Assembly: GCA_965261345.1 (NCBI GenBank)
Contig: OZ253449.1
Span: 896,001 to 960,000, forward strand
Direction: 5' to 3'
Length of the DNA stretch: 64,000 bases
DNA from: Chloroflexota bacterium
Lineage (GTDB): Bacteria; Chloroflexota; UBA11872; VXNJ01
Positions 9,777 to 20,310 of the stretch are shown piece after piece. The translations under genes were made by a program, and so were the position numbers. How positions within the stretch are numbered: the stretch's first letter is position 1; each line of letters starts with the position of its first letter. Below the pieces are notes generated by a model. The model was not told where the DNA came from, did no database searches, and saw only the letters and a list, made by a program, of their open reading frames with translations.

Positions 9777-11237
9777 TTAAATCGCGCCGGCACGGACATC
9801 TATGCTCCGGGCCCGCAACCGCAGGTCGGAGAGCACTTCGCCGCTCACATCAACGAGGGCGCCAACCCCAAGCTGCTCACCGGTGACCGTGGCGGCGGGT
9901 TGACCATCACCGTCAATGAAGATCACCCGGCCATCAATCGTGACGGTTTCGCCGGTATATTCGTCAACGTATCCGGAATATTCGAACGTTGCCAAGGCGA
10001 CCGGCGAGGGGGTGGGAGTGGGAGTGGGAGACGCGGTCGGGGTCGGAGAGGTTGCCGGGGTCGGGGTAGGTGTCGAGGTGGCAGTCGGGGTCGGCGGTCC
10101 GCCCGATTCACCATTACTCGAACCCTGCGTGGACGTAACCCGCAGCAGCCGCGCCGAAACGGTCAGCTCATCGACGGCCTGGCCGATTACGTAGGCCTGG
10201 GCACCAACGATCGGTTCGCCTTCGATGACCAGATCTGGTTGAGTTGCCTGGTCAACGAGTACGGTAACTTCGCCAATTCTTAGAGCGCCGCGCCCGATGG
10301 CGGCTATTGTTCCTTCCAGTTCGACCTCCGGTTCAGCAGTCGGTTCCGGCTCCGGGGTGGGGGTATCCTGCGCCGTCGGGGTTGGGTCAGGGGTCGGAGC
10401 AACCGGCGCGGCGGTGGCGGTGGGAGTCGGGGAAACGGTAGGCGCGGGCGTCGGCTCGGGGGCGGGCACAACCAGCGGATCGGGGGCCGGTTCGGTCGTC
10501 GGTGGGCTTTCCTCTAGGATCGCAGCCAGACTGGGGTTGGCCGGAGCGATGTCGGCGGCGATGGCAGCCAGTTGCTGACCGTGCTGACGCACCCGCACCT
10601 GGTAATTTCTAAACGCATCAAAATAGTCGAATCCGACCGAACCCTGCAGCGAATTGATCGAATCGAGTCCTTCGCGGACCAGCATTCGATAGGAATCTGA
10701 AACCTTAACGATCAGTTCGGGCTCGGCATCCGGCCCGAGAGAAGTCAATTCCGAAATCCGGCGTTCGGCCAATTCAAAATAGCTGGCCGGGCGATTGGCC
10801 TGGGCGGTCAACTGGACGGTGGCGCGTTCGACGGTTAGCTTGTAATCGTAGAGTGGGCTGCCGGGCGGCGCCGCCAGGGCGGCAGCCGAGACGCCCGAGG
10901 CCGCCAGGACCACGAAAACCAGCGAAAGTGCAACGGTAGCCACCCGCGTCTGGGCAAAGGCCACACGAAACCAGGTCAGCAGCCGCCGCAGCGCGGACCG
11001 CTCGCTCCGGCTGCGCCGCAACCGGGTTACCTGCTCTTCAAAGACCCGGCGGCGGCGCATGACCGCGTCCGGCGGCGGATCTGGCGGACGGGCGGCGATC
11101 AGGGCATCGGCAACCAGGAGGTATTCGGAGAGCTCCGCGCCAATTTCCGCGTTCTCGGCCAGCAGCTGCTCGCCGGTTGTGGCTCCGGCGCAATAGGCAT
11201 CGAGCAGAGCGGCAATCTGCGACTCGGCGCGATTCAC
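9777..11237 (-). CDS. Putative anti-sigma factor (single TM, DUF5667-like domain, Pro/Thr linkers, DUF5666-like beta repeats)
   Basis: 4-bp overlap with the upstream ECF sigma gene; PGSPLYDYKLTVER motif after TM; PT-rich linkers. Confidence 0.75.
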   Translation of the reverse strand: MNRAESQIAALLDAYCAGATTGEQLLAENAEIGAELSEYLLVADALIAARPPDPPPDAVMRRRRVFEEQVTRLRRSRSERSALRRLLTWFRVAFAQTRVATVALSLVFVVLAASGVSAAALAAPPGSPLYDYKLTVERATVQLTAQANRPASYFELAERRISELTSLGPDAEPELIVKVSDSYRMLVREGLDSINSLQGSVGFDYFDAFRNYQVRVRQHGQQLAAIAADIAPANPSLAAILEESPPTTEPAPDPLVVPAPEPTPAPTVSPTPTATAAPVAPTPDPTPTAQDTPTPEPEPTAEPEVELEGTIAAIGRGALRIGEVTVLVDQATQPDLVIEGEPIVGAQAYVIGQAVDELTVSARLLRVTSTQGSSNGESGGPPTPTATSTPTPTPATSPTPTASPTPTPTPSPVALATFEYSGYVDEYTGETVTIDGRVIFIDGDGQPAATVTGEQLGVGALVDVSGEVLSDLRLRARSIDVRAGAI

Positions 11238-11755
11238 TGGTCGAGCTCTTCCACGCGACGGCGCAGGCTGGCGATTGCCCGAAACTGAAGTGCGCGAACC
11301 GCGTTTTCCTGCTTACCGATCATTGCGGCAATCTCGCGATGGGACAAATCCTGCGAGAAACGCAGCGCAATTACCTCGGCCTGCTCGGGGGTTAGCACCT
11401 CAAGTGCCCGCCGCAGGATGTCAGAGGTCGCCACGCGATCGAAATCGTCGTTCTCATACACCAGGTGCCGGGCCTGCGACTCGATGTCATAGGTCAGGTC
11501 CTGGCTGCGCCGAAAGTGGTCGGCGATGGCGTTACGCGCGATCCGAAAAATCCAAGCCCGAAAACCGGCCACCGATTGGTGTCGGTATTTATCGATTGCG
11601 CGCAACGCCTGCATGAATACCTGGCTGGCCAAATCTTCGGCAATATGCCGATTGCCGCCAATCCGGTATTCAATAAACCGGTGTATTTGAGGAAAAAATT
11701 CGTCATAAACATGACCGAACGCATCACGATCTAGCTCGACCGCACGGCGGATCAA
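11234..11755 (-). CDS. ECF sigma-70 factor (true start may be about 12 codons upstream)
   Basis: AEDLASQVF, FRAWIFRIARNAIADHFR region 2; LTPEQAEVIALRF..EIAAMIGK region 4. Confidence 0.93.
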   Translation of the reverse strand: MIRRAVELDRDAFGHVYDEFFPQIHRFIEYRIGGNRHIAEDLASQVFMQALRAIDKYRHQSVAGFRAWIFRIARNAIADHFRRSQDLTYDIESQARHLVYENDDFDRVATSDILRRALEVLTPEQAEVIALRFSQDLSHREIAAMIGKQENAVRALQFRAIASLRRRVEELDQ

Positions 11756-11821
11756 CTGATCGAGTTCGTCCGGCGTCCTAGCCGAGCTGATTGGCCCAGC
11801 CCTCCGTCGTACTCGGTATGC

Positions 11822-11850
11822 AAAACGCCGTGAAAACCGGCATTGTTACC
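11822..11850 (-). promoter_or_regulatory. Candidate ECF-type promoter GGTAAC-N17-CGTTTT upstream of the ECF sigma gene
   Basis: AAC (-35) and CGT (-10) elements with a 17-nt spacer, typical of autoregulated ECF promoters. Confidence 0.4.
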
Positions 11851-12952
11851 ATCCGGCCCGGTTTTCCCGAGAATCGCCAATCAAATGCAGGCTCGCGCGC
11901 CGTAACGACGCACGCCACCGGGAACCGACCCGCACACCCATGACCGCGTGGGCGTGCGCGGGCAATTCGATCTCTAGCCGCAGCGGCGAGGGATCTCCAT
12001 CAATTTCCATTTGCAAAGTGTGCAATGAACCGCGTAGCTGGTCACTTATGATTCGCCCCGAAATCAAATTTTCCGGGTTGCGGCTGGGACGGTCACGACG
12101 CAATAGGATGACCGCCTGCGGGCGCACGCATACGCAGACCGGATCCCCGATAGCGAACGGGTAATGATCAGTCTGTAATTCCCATCCGCCGAGCCGCACC
12201 GTCAATCCGCGGGCCGAGGCCGCCACGACCTTAGCGGCGAGCACATTGGCGGTACCGGTCAACAGTGCGGTGCGGCGGGTGACGGGCCGGGCATAGATGT
12301 CATTGGAGGAACCGATCTGCAATATCTCGCCGGCATCGTAGACCGCCATCTGCCCACCCAACATGAACGCCTCGCCCAAATCATGAGTCACGTAGACCAT
12401 GGTCAGCGCGAGCTCCTCGTGCAGCGAAATAAGTTGCTGCAGGATGCGAGAGCGCACCGGCTGGTCAAGCGCGGCAAACGGTTCGTCAAGCAGCAGCAAC
12501 TGGGCGCGCCGCGCGAGCGCCCGGGCAAGCGCCGTGCGCTGTCGTTGGCCACCGGAAAGCGCGCTTGGTCGTCGGTCGGCCAAATCTCCCAGGTCGAGTA
12601 ATTCAAGCATGTTCGAAACCTGCCGCCGGCGCTCCCCGGCAGGTGCGTCCTTTAGGGCGAAACCGATGTTCTGGGCAACCGTCATGTGGGGGAAAAGCGC
12701 GCCGTCCTGGACCAGATATCCGATCTCCCTCCGGTGGGCCGGCACCAGCAGACCGCTGGCGGCATCAAACAACGTCTTGCCGTTGAGCACGATGCTCCCG
12801 TGGTCGGGCTGGCGCAGTCCGGCGATCGCTTCCAGCGTAGTGCTCTTTCCAGAGCCCGAATAACCAAATAGCACCAATGGTTGGGAAGCCACCGAAAACG
12901 CCGCCGCCAGCTGAAAATCCCCGAGCCGCAACCCGATATCCACCGAAAGCAC
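11846..12952 (-). CDS. modC: Molybdate ABC transporter ATP-binding subunit
   Basis: GYSGSGKST Walker A, LSGGQRQR, LLLDEPF, TOBE-like C-terminus; follows modB. Confidence 0.85.
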   Translation of the reverse strand: MLSVDIGLRLGDFQLAAAFSVASQPLVLFGYSGSGKSTTLEAIAGLRQPDHGSIVLNGKTLFDAASGLLVPAHRREIGYLVQDGALFPHMTVAQNIGFALKDAPAGERRRQVSNMLELLDLGDLADRRPSALSGGQRQRTALARALARRAQLLLLDEPFAALDQPVRSRILQQLISLHEELALTMVYVTHDLGEAFMLGGQMAVYDAGEILQIGSSNDIYARPVTRRTALLTGTANVLAAKVVAASARGLTVRLGGWELQTDHYPFAIGDPVCVCVRPQAVILLRRDRPSRNPENLISGRIISDQLRGSLHTLQMEIDGDPSPLRLEIELPAHAHAVMGVRVGSRWRASLRRASLHLIGDSRENRAGW

Positions 12953-12954
12953 CC

Positions 12955-13743
12955 TCAGCCACTCCGGCTTGCCAGCAGGCGCAAGGCGGTCAGCAGCAGC
13001 ACCGCTACGGCCAAAAGCAGGAGCGACAGGGTCAGGGCCGCGTCCAGATCAGTTTCGAGCAGATTGGCGATCGCCAACGGCAGGGTTTGACTGACCCCGG
13101 GGATATTTCCGGCAAACATCAGGGTTGCCCCGAATTCACCCAGCGACCGCGCCCAGGCCAGGATTGCCCCGGCCAGCAGCCCCGGCAAGGCAAGCGGGAT
13201 CGTAATCTGTCGGAAAACTCTCAATGGGCTGGCCCCCAGCGTCTGGGCAACCCGCTCAAGCCGGCTATCTACCCCATCGAACCCGGCTCTGGCAGCACGA
13301 ACGAACAGGGGCGCCGACACCAGGGTCTGCGCTAATACCACCGCCGCGGTCGAAAATCCCAACCCAAAAGGGGTAAATTGGCCCACCAGTCCCAGGCGTC
13401 CAAAGGCAGCTAACAGGGCCACCCCGGCCACCACCGGTGGAAGCAGAAGCGGCGCATCGACGACCGCTTCGATAAGCGCGATGCCGCGCCAACGGCGCCG
13501 CGAAAGAATCCAGGCCAAGGGCGTGCCCAGGATCACAATGACCGCCAGTGAAACCGTCGAGGTCGCCAGCGAAAGCAGCAAGGCGCCGCGGACCGGCAGC
13601 GACCAGACGTCCAGTTGTCCCAACCCGGCGCTGCCGCGGACAACCAGTCCCAGAAGCGGGAGGAGGAGGAACGCGGTCAACATCAGTGCCGGGGCCAGAA
13701 CCAGTACCGAACCGATGTTTCTACCAGGTTTGGGCAAGGCCAA
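12955..13743 (-). CDS. modB: Molybdate ABC transporter permease
   Basis: PLLLPPVVAG, WARSLGEFGATLMFAGNIPG..QTLP. Confidence 0.92.
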   Translation of the reverse strand: MALPKPGRNIGSVLVLAPALMLTAFLLLPLLGLVVRGSAGLGQLDVWSLPVRGALLLSLATSTVSLAVIVILGTPLAWILSRRRWRGIALIEAVVDAPLLLPPVVAGVALLAAFGRLGLVGQFTPFGLGFSTAAVVLAQTLVSAPLFVRAARAGFDGVDSRLERVAQTLGASPLRVFRQITIPLALPGLLAGAILAWARSLGEFGATLMFAGNIPGVSQTLPLAIANLLETDLDAALTLSLLLLAVAVLLLTALRLLASRSG

Positions 13744-14569
13744 ATCCGGTCAGCACCGATCGGGCCTCCGGGCCGGTCAGGAATTGCAGGTACGGATTGG
13801 CAGCCGGGTTGGGAGATAACGCGGCGGCCCAGTAGCGCACCGATCGCGCGTGCGGCCCGGTCCCTTCCAAGGCGACCAATTGGGGGTTGACGATCAGGTT
13901 GCTAGAGTAAACGAATCCGCCATCGGCCTCGCCCAAGAGAAGCCGCGATTGCACCGCCCGGGCGCTCAGATCGAGCGAGATGGCGTTGGCGTTGATCAAT
14001 GTCTGCAGATTCGGGGGCGATCGGCGGTCGCCCGCCATTGCCGCAAGGGTCGCCCGGGTGGCCTGACCCAGCGGCACCGCCGGTCCGGCCAGGGCCGTGC
14101 GCACGCCGTTCCGGGCCAGGTCAAAGGCGTTTTTGAGTCCGGCCGGATTGCCGGCCGCGGCGGCCGCCACGACCTTGTTGGCGGCAATGATCTGATATTG
14201 CCGTCCGCTGGCCAATGATTCGTTTCCAGGCGGCTCGAGGTTAGCGCTGATAAAAATGTCGGGCCGCGCGCCGAGCTTGACCTGGGCCGCCAGGATCTGC
14301 GATCCGGAATAGCTGGCAACGGCTCGCAACCCCGATCGATCGGCCATCCGGCGATGGATTTCATCTAACCCTGGCTGCAGCGAGGACGCCGCAAAAACCG
14401 TCAATTGGCCCTGGTCGATCGCGCACGCACCCAGCAACCCGGCGGCGGCGATTCCAATCAGCAGGCGCCGTCGACCCGCTACCAGCGCGTCCCGGGAGCA
14501 GCTGCCGCCGCGGGTTATTTCAGTCTCGCGCTCGCCTGCAGGGCGGCGGTCAGATCGGTCTTTTCCCAC
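13721..14569 (-). CDS. modA: Molybdate ABC transporter substrate-binding lipoprotein (start uncertain)
   Basis: RRRLL..LLGAC lipoprotein-like leader, [39 protein letters not shown]. Confidence 0.88.
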   Translation of the reverse strand: MGKDRSDRRPAGERETEITRGGSCSRDALVAGRRRLLIGIAAAGLLGACAIDQGQLTVFAASSLQPGLDEIHRRMADRSGLRAVASYSGSQILAAQVKLGARPDIFISANLEPPGNESLASGRQYQIIAANKVVAAAAAGNPAGLKNAFDLARNGVRTALAGPAVPLGQATRATLAAMAGDRRSPPNLQTLINANAISLDLSARAVQSRLLLGEADGGFVYSSNLIVNPQLVALEGTGPHARSVRYWAAALSPNPAANPYLQFLTGPEARSVLTGFGLAQTW

Positions 14570-15714
14570 GGGAGATCTAGGTCGTTTCGTCCAAAGTGCC
14601 CGTACGCGGCAACCGGGCGGTAGATCGGGCGGCGCAGATTCAGGCCGTCAATGATCTTGCGCGGGCGCAGATCGAAGTGCTCGCGCACCAGTTCGCCCAG
14701 GCAATTGGGATCGACTCCATTGGCGCTGCCAAAGGTCTCCACGTTGACCGAAACCGGATCGGCAACCCCAATGCAGTAGGCAAGCTGAACCTCGGCGCGT
14801 TCGGCCAATCCGGCGGCCACCAGATTTTTGGCAATGTAACGGGACATATAGGCGCCGGAGCGATCGACCTTGCTGGGATCTTTGCCAGAAAAGGCGCCGC
14901 CGCCATGGCGGGCCATTCCGCCGTAGGTGTCGACGATGATCTTGCGACCGGTCAACCCGGCATCAGCGCCAGGGCCGCCAATTACGAAACGGCCGGTCCC
15001 ATTGATCCGGATCTTCGATCGATCGTCGAGCAATCGATCGCCGATTACGGGCCGGATGACTTCTTCGGTGATCTGCTCACACAACCGCGAATCGGATACC
15101 GCATCATCGTGCTGGGCCGCAATCACCACGTTGGCCACCCTCACCGGCCGGCCGCGGTTGTATTCAACGGTTACCTGACTCTTGCCGTCGGGGCGCAGAA
15201 AATCCAGTTGTTTGGATTTGCGAACCTCGGCCAATTTTCGGGTAAGACGATGCGCCAGGGCGATCGGCAGCGGCATGAGTTCGGGTGTTTCGCTGCAGGC
15301 GAACCCGAACATCATCCCCTGGTCGCCGGCCCCCTGGTCATCATCAAGTTCGCGGTTGACTCCGGCGGCAATATCGCTCGATTGCCGGTTGAGCCGGGTA
15401 ATGAAGCGGGCCGATTGCAAATCGAACCCCAGCTGCGGGTCGGTGTAGCCAACGTCGGCAATGACCGACCGCGCGGTAGCACGGGCCAGTTCGTTTAACG
15501 CCTCACCTTCAAGGTCGCAGGTTATTTCTCCAAGCAGGGCTATGACGTCGTTGGAGGCGGCGGTTTCGCAGGCCACCCGGGCATTGCGATCGCGGTCCAG
15601 CAACGCATCGACGATGGCGTCGGAGATTTGGTCGCACAGCTTGTCGGGGTGTCCCTCGGTTACCGATTCGGAGGTGAAAAGCATCCGCTCGGCGGCCAGT
15701 AGATCAACGCTCAT
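14515..15714 (-). CDS. metK: S-adenosylmethionine synthetase
   Basis: [39 protein letters not shown]. Confidence 0.98.
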   Translation of the reverse strand: MSVDLLAAERMLFTSESVTEGHPDKLCDQISDAIVDALLDRDRNARVACETAASNDVIALLGEITCDLEGEALNELARATARSVIADVGYTDPQLGFDLQSARFITRLNRQSSDIAAGVNRELDDDQGAGDQGMMFGFACSETPELMPLPIALAHRLTRKLAEVRKSKQLDFLRPDGKSQVTVEYNRGRPVRVANVVIAAQHDDAVSDSRLCEQITEEVIRPVIGDRLLDDRSKIRINGTGRFVIGGPGADAGLTGRKIIVDTYGGMARHGGGAFSGKDPSKVDRSGAYMSRYIAKNLVAAGLAERAEVQLAYCIGVADPVSVNVETFGSANGVDPNCLGELVREHFDLRPRKIIDGLNLRRPIYRPVAAYGHFGRNDLDLPWEKTDLTAALQASARLK

Positions 15715-15730
15715 CTGCTTGTTATCGCTC

Positions 15731-17011
15731 TCATGTCCCCTCTTCCCAAGAACTTGCATAGCGGGTTTGTTCGGACGTCATCGAATCAATTTCTATGCCC
15801 ATGCTTGCCAATTTGAGCCGGGCGATGGATGAATCGATGTCGGCCGGCACTTCATAGACCCGTGGTTCCAGCTGGCCGGACCGTTCCCACATGAACTGCG
15901 CGCTGAGTGCCTGGTTGGCAAAACTCATGTCCATGACCCCTGGCGGGTGGCCCTCGGCGGCGGCCAGGTTTACCAATCGGCCACCGGCCAACAGCCGAAT
16001 CCGGTTGCCATCGGCCATCCGGTATTCGTCTAGCAGCGGCCGCAGGGTCCTTACCGACGTGGCCATTTCGGTTAGCACCGGGATGTTGATCTCAGCGTCA
16101 AAATGGCCGGCATTGGCCAGGATTGCTCCGTCCTTCATGCGCGCAAAGTCCGGCCCGTCGATGACGTTCTTGTTGGAGGTTACGGTCACGAAGAAGTCGC
16201 CCTCGGCGGCAGCCCTGGCCATCGACATGACCTGGTAGCCATCCATTACCGCCTCGAGCGCGCGAGTCGGGTTTACCTCGGTAATGATCACGCTGGCGCC
16301 CATCCCGGCGGCCCGCGCGGCCAGTCCCCTTCCACACCAACCGTAGCCGCAGATTACGAACCGTGAACCGGCGAGGAGCTTGTTGGTGGCCCTCAGAATC
16401 CCGTCGATGGTGGATTGGCCGGTGCCATAGCGGTTGTCAAAAAGATGTTTGGTATCCGCCTCGTTGACCGCCATGATCGGGTAAGCCAACTGGCCGCCGG
16501 CCTCCATTGCCCGCAGGCGCACAACGCCGGTGGTTGTTTCCTCGGTTCCGCCGGCGATGGTGGGAATGAGGTCGCGCCGATTCTTGTGAATCTCTGAAAC
16601 CAGATCGGCCCCATCGTCCATCGTCAGCTGAGGCGAGTAGTCCAAAACGGCGTTGATGTGGCGGTAATAGGTAGCGTTGTCCTCGCCGCGCCGGGCGTAG
16701 ACCGGAATGTGATAGTGCTTGACTAGGGCAGCGGCGGTGGCGTCCTGGGTTGAGAGCGGGTTGGAAGCGCAAAGCGCCACCTTGGCCCCGCCAGCCTTGA
16801 GCGTACGGGCAAGGTTGGCGGTCTCGGTGGTTACGTGCAGGCAGGCAGCCAAGCTAAGACCGGCCAAAGGTTTGGTGGCCGAAAAATCATCTCTAATCTG
16901 GGCCAATACCGGCATTGACGCGTCGGCCCATTCAATTAGATCGCGGCCGGCGTCGGCAAGGGAGACATCGGTTACATCGCAATCTACCGGTGCGGTTTGG
17001 GCGTGTGCCAT
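15731..17011 (-). CDS. ahcY: Adenosylhomocysteinase
   Basis: [53 protein letters not shown]. Confidence 0.98.
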   Translation of the reverse strand: MAHAQTAPVDCDVTDVSLADAGRDLIEWADASMPVLAQIRDDFSATKPLAGLSLAACLHVTTETANLARTLKAGGAKVALCASNPLSTQDATAAALVKHYHIPVYARRGEDNATYYRHINAVLDYSPQLTMDDGADLVSEIHKNRRDLIPTIAGGTEETTTGVVRLRAMEAGGQLAYPIMAVNEADTKHLFDNRYGTGQSTIDGILRATNKLLAGSRFVICGYGWCGRGLAARAAGMGASVIITEVNPTRALEAVMDGYQVMSMARAAAEGDFFVTVTSNKNVIDGPDFARMKDGAILANAGHFDAEINIPVLTEMATSVRTLRPLLDEYRMADGNRIRLLAGGRLVNLAAAEGHPPGVMDMSFANQALSAQFMWERSGQLEPRVYEVPADIDSSIARLKLASMGIEIDSMTSEQTRYASSWEEGT

Positions 17012-17032
17012 GGAATTCCTTTTCAGAAACAG

Positions 17033-17980
17033 TTAGCCGCTGGTGGTGGTGGCGCGATCAATCAGGAGACCGTATTTGCGACGCAGCGCGTCATCTAACA
17101 GGTTTGGATCGGATTGAATCGCCCCGGTAAGGGCACTGACCGCGGGACTTGTTTGATTGCCGGCCGGAAGCATGCTAGCAAGATTGACAACCGCCTGCCG
17201 GGCGATTTCCAGATTTGCGGCCATGTTGGCCACGACCATCGCGGCCGAAACCGGCTCGCCTTTCCAAACATCGTAGTCGGTAGAGAGAGCCAGCAGCGCA
17301 TAGGGCAGCTCGGCCTCGCGCGCAAGTTTTGCTTCGGGAACCGCGGTCATGCCAATGATTGAGCCCCCCCAACTGCGGAAGATTGCCGATTCGGCCATCG
17401 TTGAAAACTGCGGCCCCTCGATGCAGACGTAGGCACCGCCGCGGTGAACGGTTGCCCCGGCGGTCGCGGCGGCATCGGCGGCCAACCGCGAAAGGATTGG
17501 GCAGAACGGCTCGGCCATGCCGGCATGTACCACCAATCCGGAATCCTCATAAAAGGTCAGCGACCGTGACCGGGTGCGATCGACCAGCTGATCGGGGACG
17601 ACGATATGGCGCGGTTCGATCGATTCCTTCAGGCTGCCGACGGCCGAAACGGCCAGCAGCCACTTGACTCCCAGCTTCTTGAAGCCCCAGATATTGGCCT
17701 TGGAGTTGAGGTTTGTCGGATTTATCCGATGGCCGCGCCCGTGGCGCGGCAGAAACGCAACCGGGACTCCGTCGAGCTCGCCGACCATATAGGAGTCGCT
17801 CGGCGACCCGAACGGCGTCTCAATCGCCACCTCGCGAAGGTTCGAAACGTTGTCAAAGTCGTAGAAACCGCTGCCGCCAACTACGCCAAAAAAAGCCTCG
17901 CACATGCCAATGGTTCCGGGGTTAGCAACAGAAATTGGGCCGCGGGCAGATTGCGTCGCGCGGGAGCGCGAGGCGGCCAT
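17033..17980 (-). CDS. mtnP: S-methyl-5'-thioadenosine phosphorylase
   Basis: GGSGFY, TPFG.PS, PRHGRGH, EGPQFST.AES, GMT..PEAKLARE, TDYD. Confidence 0.93.
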   Translation of the reverse strand: MAASRSRATQSARGPISVANPGTIGMCEAFFGVVGGSGFYDFDNVSNLREVAIETPFGSPSDSYMVGELDGVPVAFLPRHGRGHRINPTNLNSKANIWGFKKLGVKWLLAVSAVGSLKESIEPRHIVVPDQLVDRTRSRSLTFYEDSGLVVHAGMAEPFCPILSRLAADAAATAGATVHRGGAYVCIEGPQFSTMAESAIFRSWGGSIIGMTAVPEAKLAREAELPYALLALSTDYDVWKGEPVSAAMVVANMAANLEIARQAVVNLASMLPAGNQTSPAVSALTGAIQSDPNLLDDALRRKYGLLIDRATTTSG

Positions 17981-18024
17981 ACCGTTACATTATCGCCGGT
18001 GATTCGGCCCCGTTTTTAGCCGAT

Positions 18025-19353
18025 TCAACCAAGGCCCGGAATGTTGGGAATGCGACCCTTGGCCATTTGCCGAAACATTTTGCGCATCGTCGAATACTGG
18101 TTTAGCAGTTGGTTCACATCGCGCGGTAGGGTCCCCGATCCGGCGGCAATCCGGCGGCGGCGCGAGCCGTCAATGATCGACGGGTTGGTGCGTTCGCTCG
18201 CAGTCATGCTCAAGATGATCGCCTTAGCGCGACCAAGCTGGTTGTCTTCCAGAGCGTTTTTCATATCGCCGCGGGCGGCCAACCGCCCCAGGCCGGGGAT
18301 CATCCCCATTACCTGCGAGAGCGATCCCATCTTTTCGATCTGGTCGATCTGTTCGAGGAAATCTGCCAGGTCGAAGCTCGCGGTCCGGATCTTTTTTTCC
18401 AGCCGCGCAGCCGATTCTTCATCAACCTGGGCCTGGGCCTTTTCCACCAGCGTTACGACGTCGCCCATGCCCAATATTCGCGAGGCCAGGCGGTCGGGAT
18501 GAAATCGTTCAAGCGGTTCGATCTTTTCGCCGGAGCCGATGTATTTGATCGGAACCCCGGTAGCGGCGCGGATCGACAGCAGGGCCCCTCCCCGAGCATC
18601 GCCGTCCAGTTTGGTCAGGACCAGCCCGGTGAGTTTTAGGCGCCGGTCGAATTCGGATGCCACGTTGACGGCCTCCTGCCCGGTCATGGCGTCGACCACC
18701 AAAAGAACATCGGTGGGCTTGGTCAGCTTTGCGACCCGTTCGACCTCGTCCATTAGTTCGGTGTCGATCTGGATACGTCCGGCAGTATCGATGATTACAT
18801 CGGAGCAGCCGAGCCGGGATGCTTTTTGCAACCCATTGCGGGCCACGTGCTCGGGCTTTGAGGACACCGTCTCGGCATGGGTGGGAACCCCGATCTGATC
18901 GGCTAGCGTCTTGAGCTGATCGATGGCCGCCGGGCGCTTCAGATCGCAGGCCACGAGTAGCGGCTGGCGGCCACCCTCCTTGATCGCAAGCGCCAGCTTT
19001 GCAGCGCTGGTGGTCTTGCCCGATCCCTGCAACCCGGCGACTAGGATCCGGCGGGTTCCCGCATCGGCGGGAGCCAGTTCGGCAGCGGCCGAACCCAGCA
19101 GCGTAGTTAGCTCGTCGTGGACGATTTTGATGATCTGCTGGCGCGGCGAAACGCTGGCGAGCACCTCACTGCCGACCGCACGCTCGCCGATCGCAGCAAC
19201 AAAGTCGCGCGCCACCGTCAACTGCACATCAGCTTCCAGCAAGGCTACCCGGACCGCGCGCATCGCCGCCTTGATATCGGACTCGCGGATTCGCCCGCGA
19301 CCCGAGACTTTTCGGATCACGGCGTCCAGTCGCTCGGAGAGACGCTCCAACAC
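18025..19353 (-). CDS. ffh: Signal recognition particle protein
   Basis: GLQGSGKTT, DTAGR, DAMTGQ, TKLDGDARGG, M-domain SRRRRIAAGSG. Confidence 0.98.
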   Translation of the reverse strand: MLERLSERLDAVIRKVSGRGRIRESDIKAAMRAVRVALLEADVQLTVARDFVAAIGERAVGSEVLASVSPRQQIIKIVHDELTTLLGSAAAELAPADAGTRRILVAGLQGSGKTTSAAKLALAIKEGGRQPLLVACDLKRPAAIDQLKTLADQIGVPTHAETVSSKPEHVARNGLQKASRLGCSDVIIDTAGRIQIDTELMDEVERVAKLTKPTDVLLVVDAMTGQEAVNVASEFDRRLKLTGLVLTKLDGDARGGALLSIRAATGVPIKYIGSGEKIEPLERFHPDRLASRILGMGDVVTLVEKAQAQVDEESAARLEKKIRTASFDLADFLEQIDQIEKMGSLSQVMGMIPGLGRLAARGDMKNALEDNQLGRAKAIILSMTASERTNPSIIDGSRRRRIAAGSGTLPRDVNQLLNQYSTMRKMFRQMAKGRIPNIPGLG

Positions 19354-19463
19354 CGACTTATTCCTTCAAGCTAGCTGGCGCCGAGCCCCGGTTCAGCAGC
19401 ACCAGCCCCAGTCTAGGAAAGCCCGGTCGCCGGCCGGGTCCGGCGGGGCTAAAATCCCAATTC

Positions 19464-19540
19464 GGCGCATTCGTCTAGTGGCCCAGGACATCGCCCTCTC
19501 AAGGCGAAGATCGCGGGTTCGAATCCCGCATGCGCTACCA
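19464..19540 (+). tRNA. tRNA-Glu(CTC)
   Basis: GGCGCAT/ATGCGCT acceptor stem, TCGCC-CTCTCAA-GGCGA anticodon arm, GGTTCGAATCC T-arm, encoded CCA. Confidence 0.96.
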
Positions 19541-19657
19541 GCCGCCCCGCCCCCGGAGTCGCGACTCGGCGGGCGGATGGGCGGAACGCCCCGATCGCGC
19601 GACATTCTTAATCGACCGATTAGATACGCACAACAAGCCGGCAGGAGAACTACGAGA

Positions 19658-20275
19658 ATGGATGCTGCCAAACTGGCCCATAAGCCGGCGACGACCCAGC
19701 GACCTCTGATCGAGGCCATCAGGGTCCGCTGGAGTCCGATCGCTTTCGACCCTGGGCGCGCGATCGAACCGGAGGTCGTGGCCACTATCCTGGAAGCTGC
19801 CCGCTGGGCGCCGTCGTCCTATAACGATCAGCCGTGGCGCTATTTGCTGTTTGACCGGAATGACCCGGCCCGGGCCCGGGCCGAGGCTTGTCTTATGGCC
19901 GGCAACGCCTGGGCACGCCATGCCGGGCTGCTGATCCTGTCGGTGGCCTGCAAAATTTCCGATCGGACATCGCTCCCCAATCGGTTCGCCCTGCATGACA
20001 CCGGAATGGCATCCATGAGCCTCGTGTTGCAGGCTGCCGCACACGGCCTGATCTCACATCAGATGGGCGGCTACGACCGTGAGCAGGCCAGGTCCGAGTT
20101 CGCGATTCCGGACCGGTTTGAACTGGCCTCGATGATCGCGGTCGGCTACCCCGGCGATCCGGCGATGCTGGACTCTCAAGGCCGTGAACGCCAGGCGTCA
20201 ATGCGATCTCGCAAGGACCTGGCCCAGATCGCATTCACCGGCAGCTGGGAGACCGCTTACCCTATCTGCGCGTAG
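19658..20275 (+). CDS. Nitroreductase family protein
   Basis: RWSP.AF, AARWAPSSYN.QPWR, HQMGG, AVGYPGD; ATG 19658 preceded by AGGAG (the listed ORF is over-extended). Confidence 0.92.
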   Translation: MDAAKLAHKPATTQRPLIEAIRVRWSPIAFDPGRAIEPEVVATILEAARWAPSSYNDQPWRYLLFDRNDPARARAEACLMAGNAWARHAGLLILSVACKISDRTSLPNRFALHDTGMASMSLVLQAAAHGLISHQMGGYDREQARSEFAIPDRFELASMIAVGYPGDPAMLDSQGRERQASMRSRKDLAQIAFTGSWETAYPICA

Positions 20276-20290
20276 GTTCCTAGGTTAAGA

Positions 20291-20310
20291 CCGGCCGGCT
20301 AACCGGCCGG
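20291..20310. terminator. Possible bidirectional hairpin between convergent genes
   Basis: CCGGCCGG-CTAA-CCGGCCGG 8-bp stem; no clear U-tract. Confidence 0.3.

Noticed and set aside
10000-10510. Low-complexity GGGGT-rich repeats
   Set aside because: They encode Pro/Thr linkers of the anti-sigma protein
14596-15498. Long antisense ORFs (also 30527..31477, 33691..34515, 50859..51680, 61868..62737)
   Set aside because: Shadow frames of well-supported genes, expected in high-GC DNA
17981-18024. SAM or SAH riboswitch before mtnP-ahcY-metK
   Set aside because: The intergenic gap is 44 bp and shows no recognisable aptamer
18923-19657. N-terminal 245 aa of the listed 450-aa ORF
   Set aside because: It is antisense to ffh and runs through tRNA-Glu; the nitroreductase starts at ATG 19658 with its own RBS
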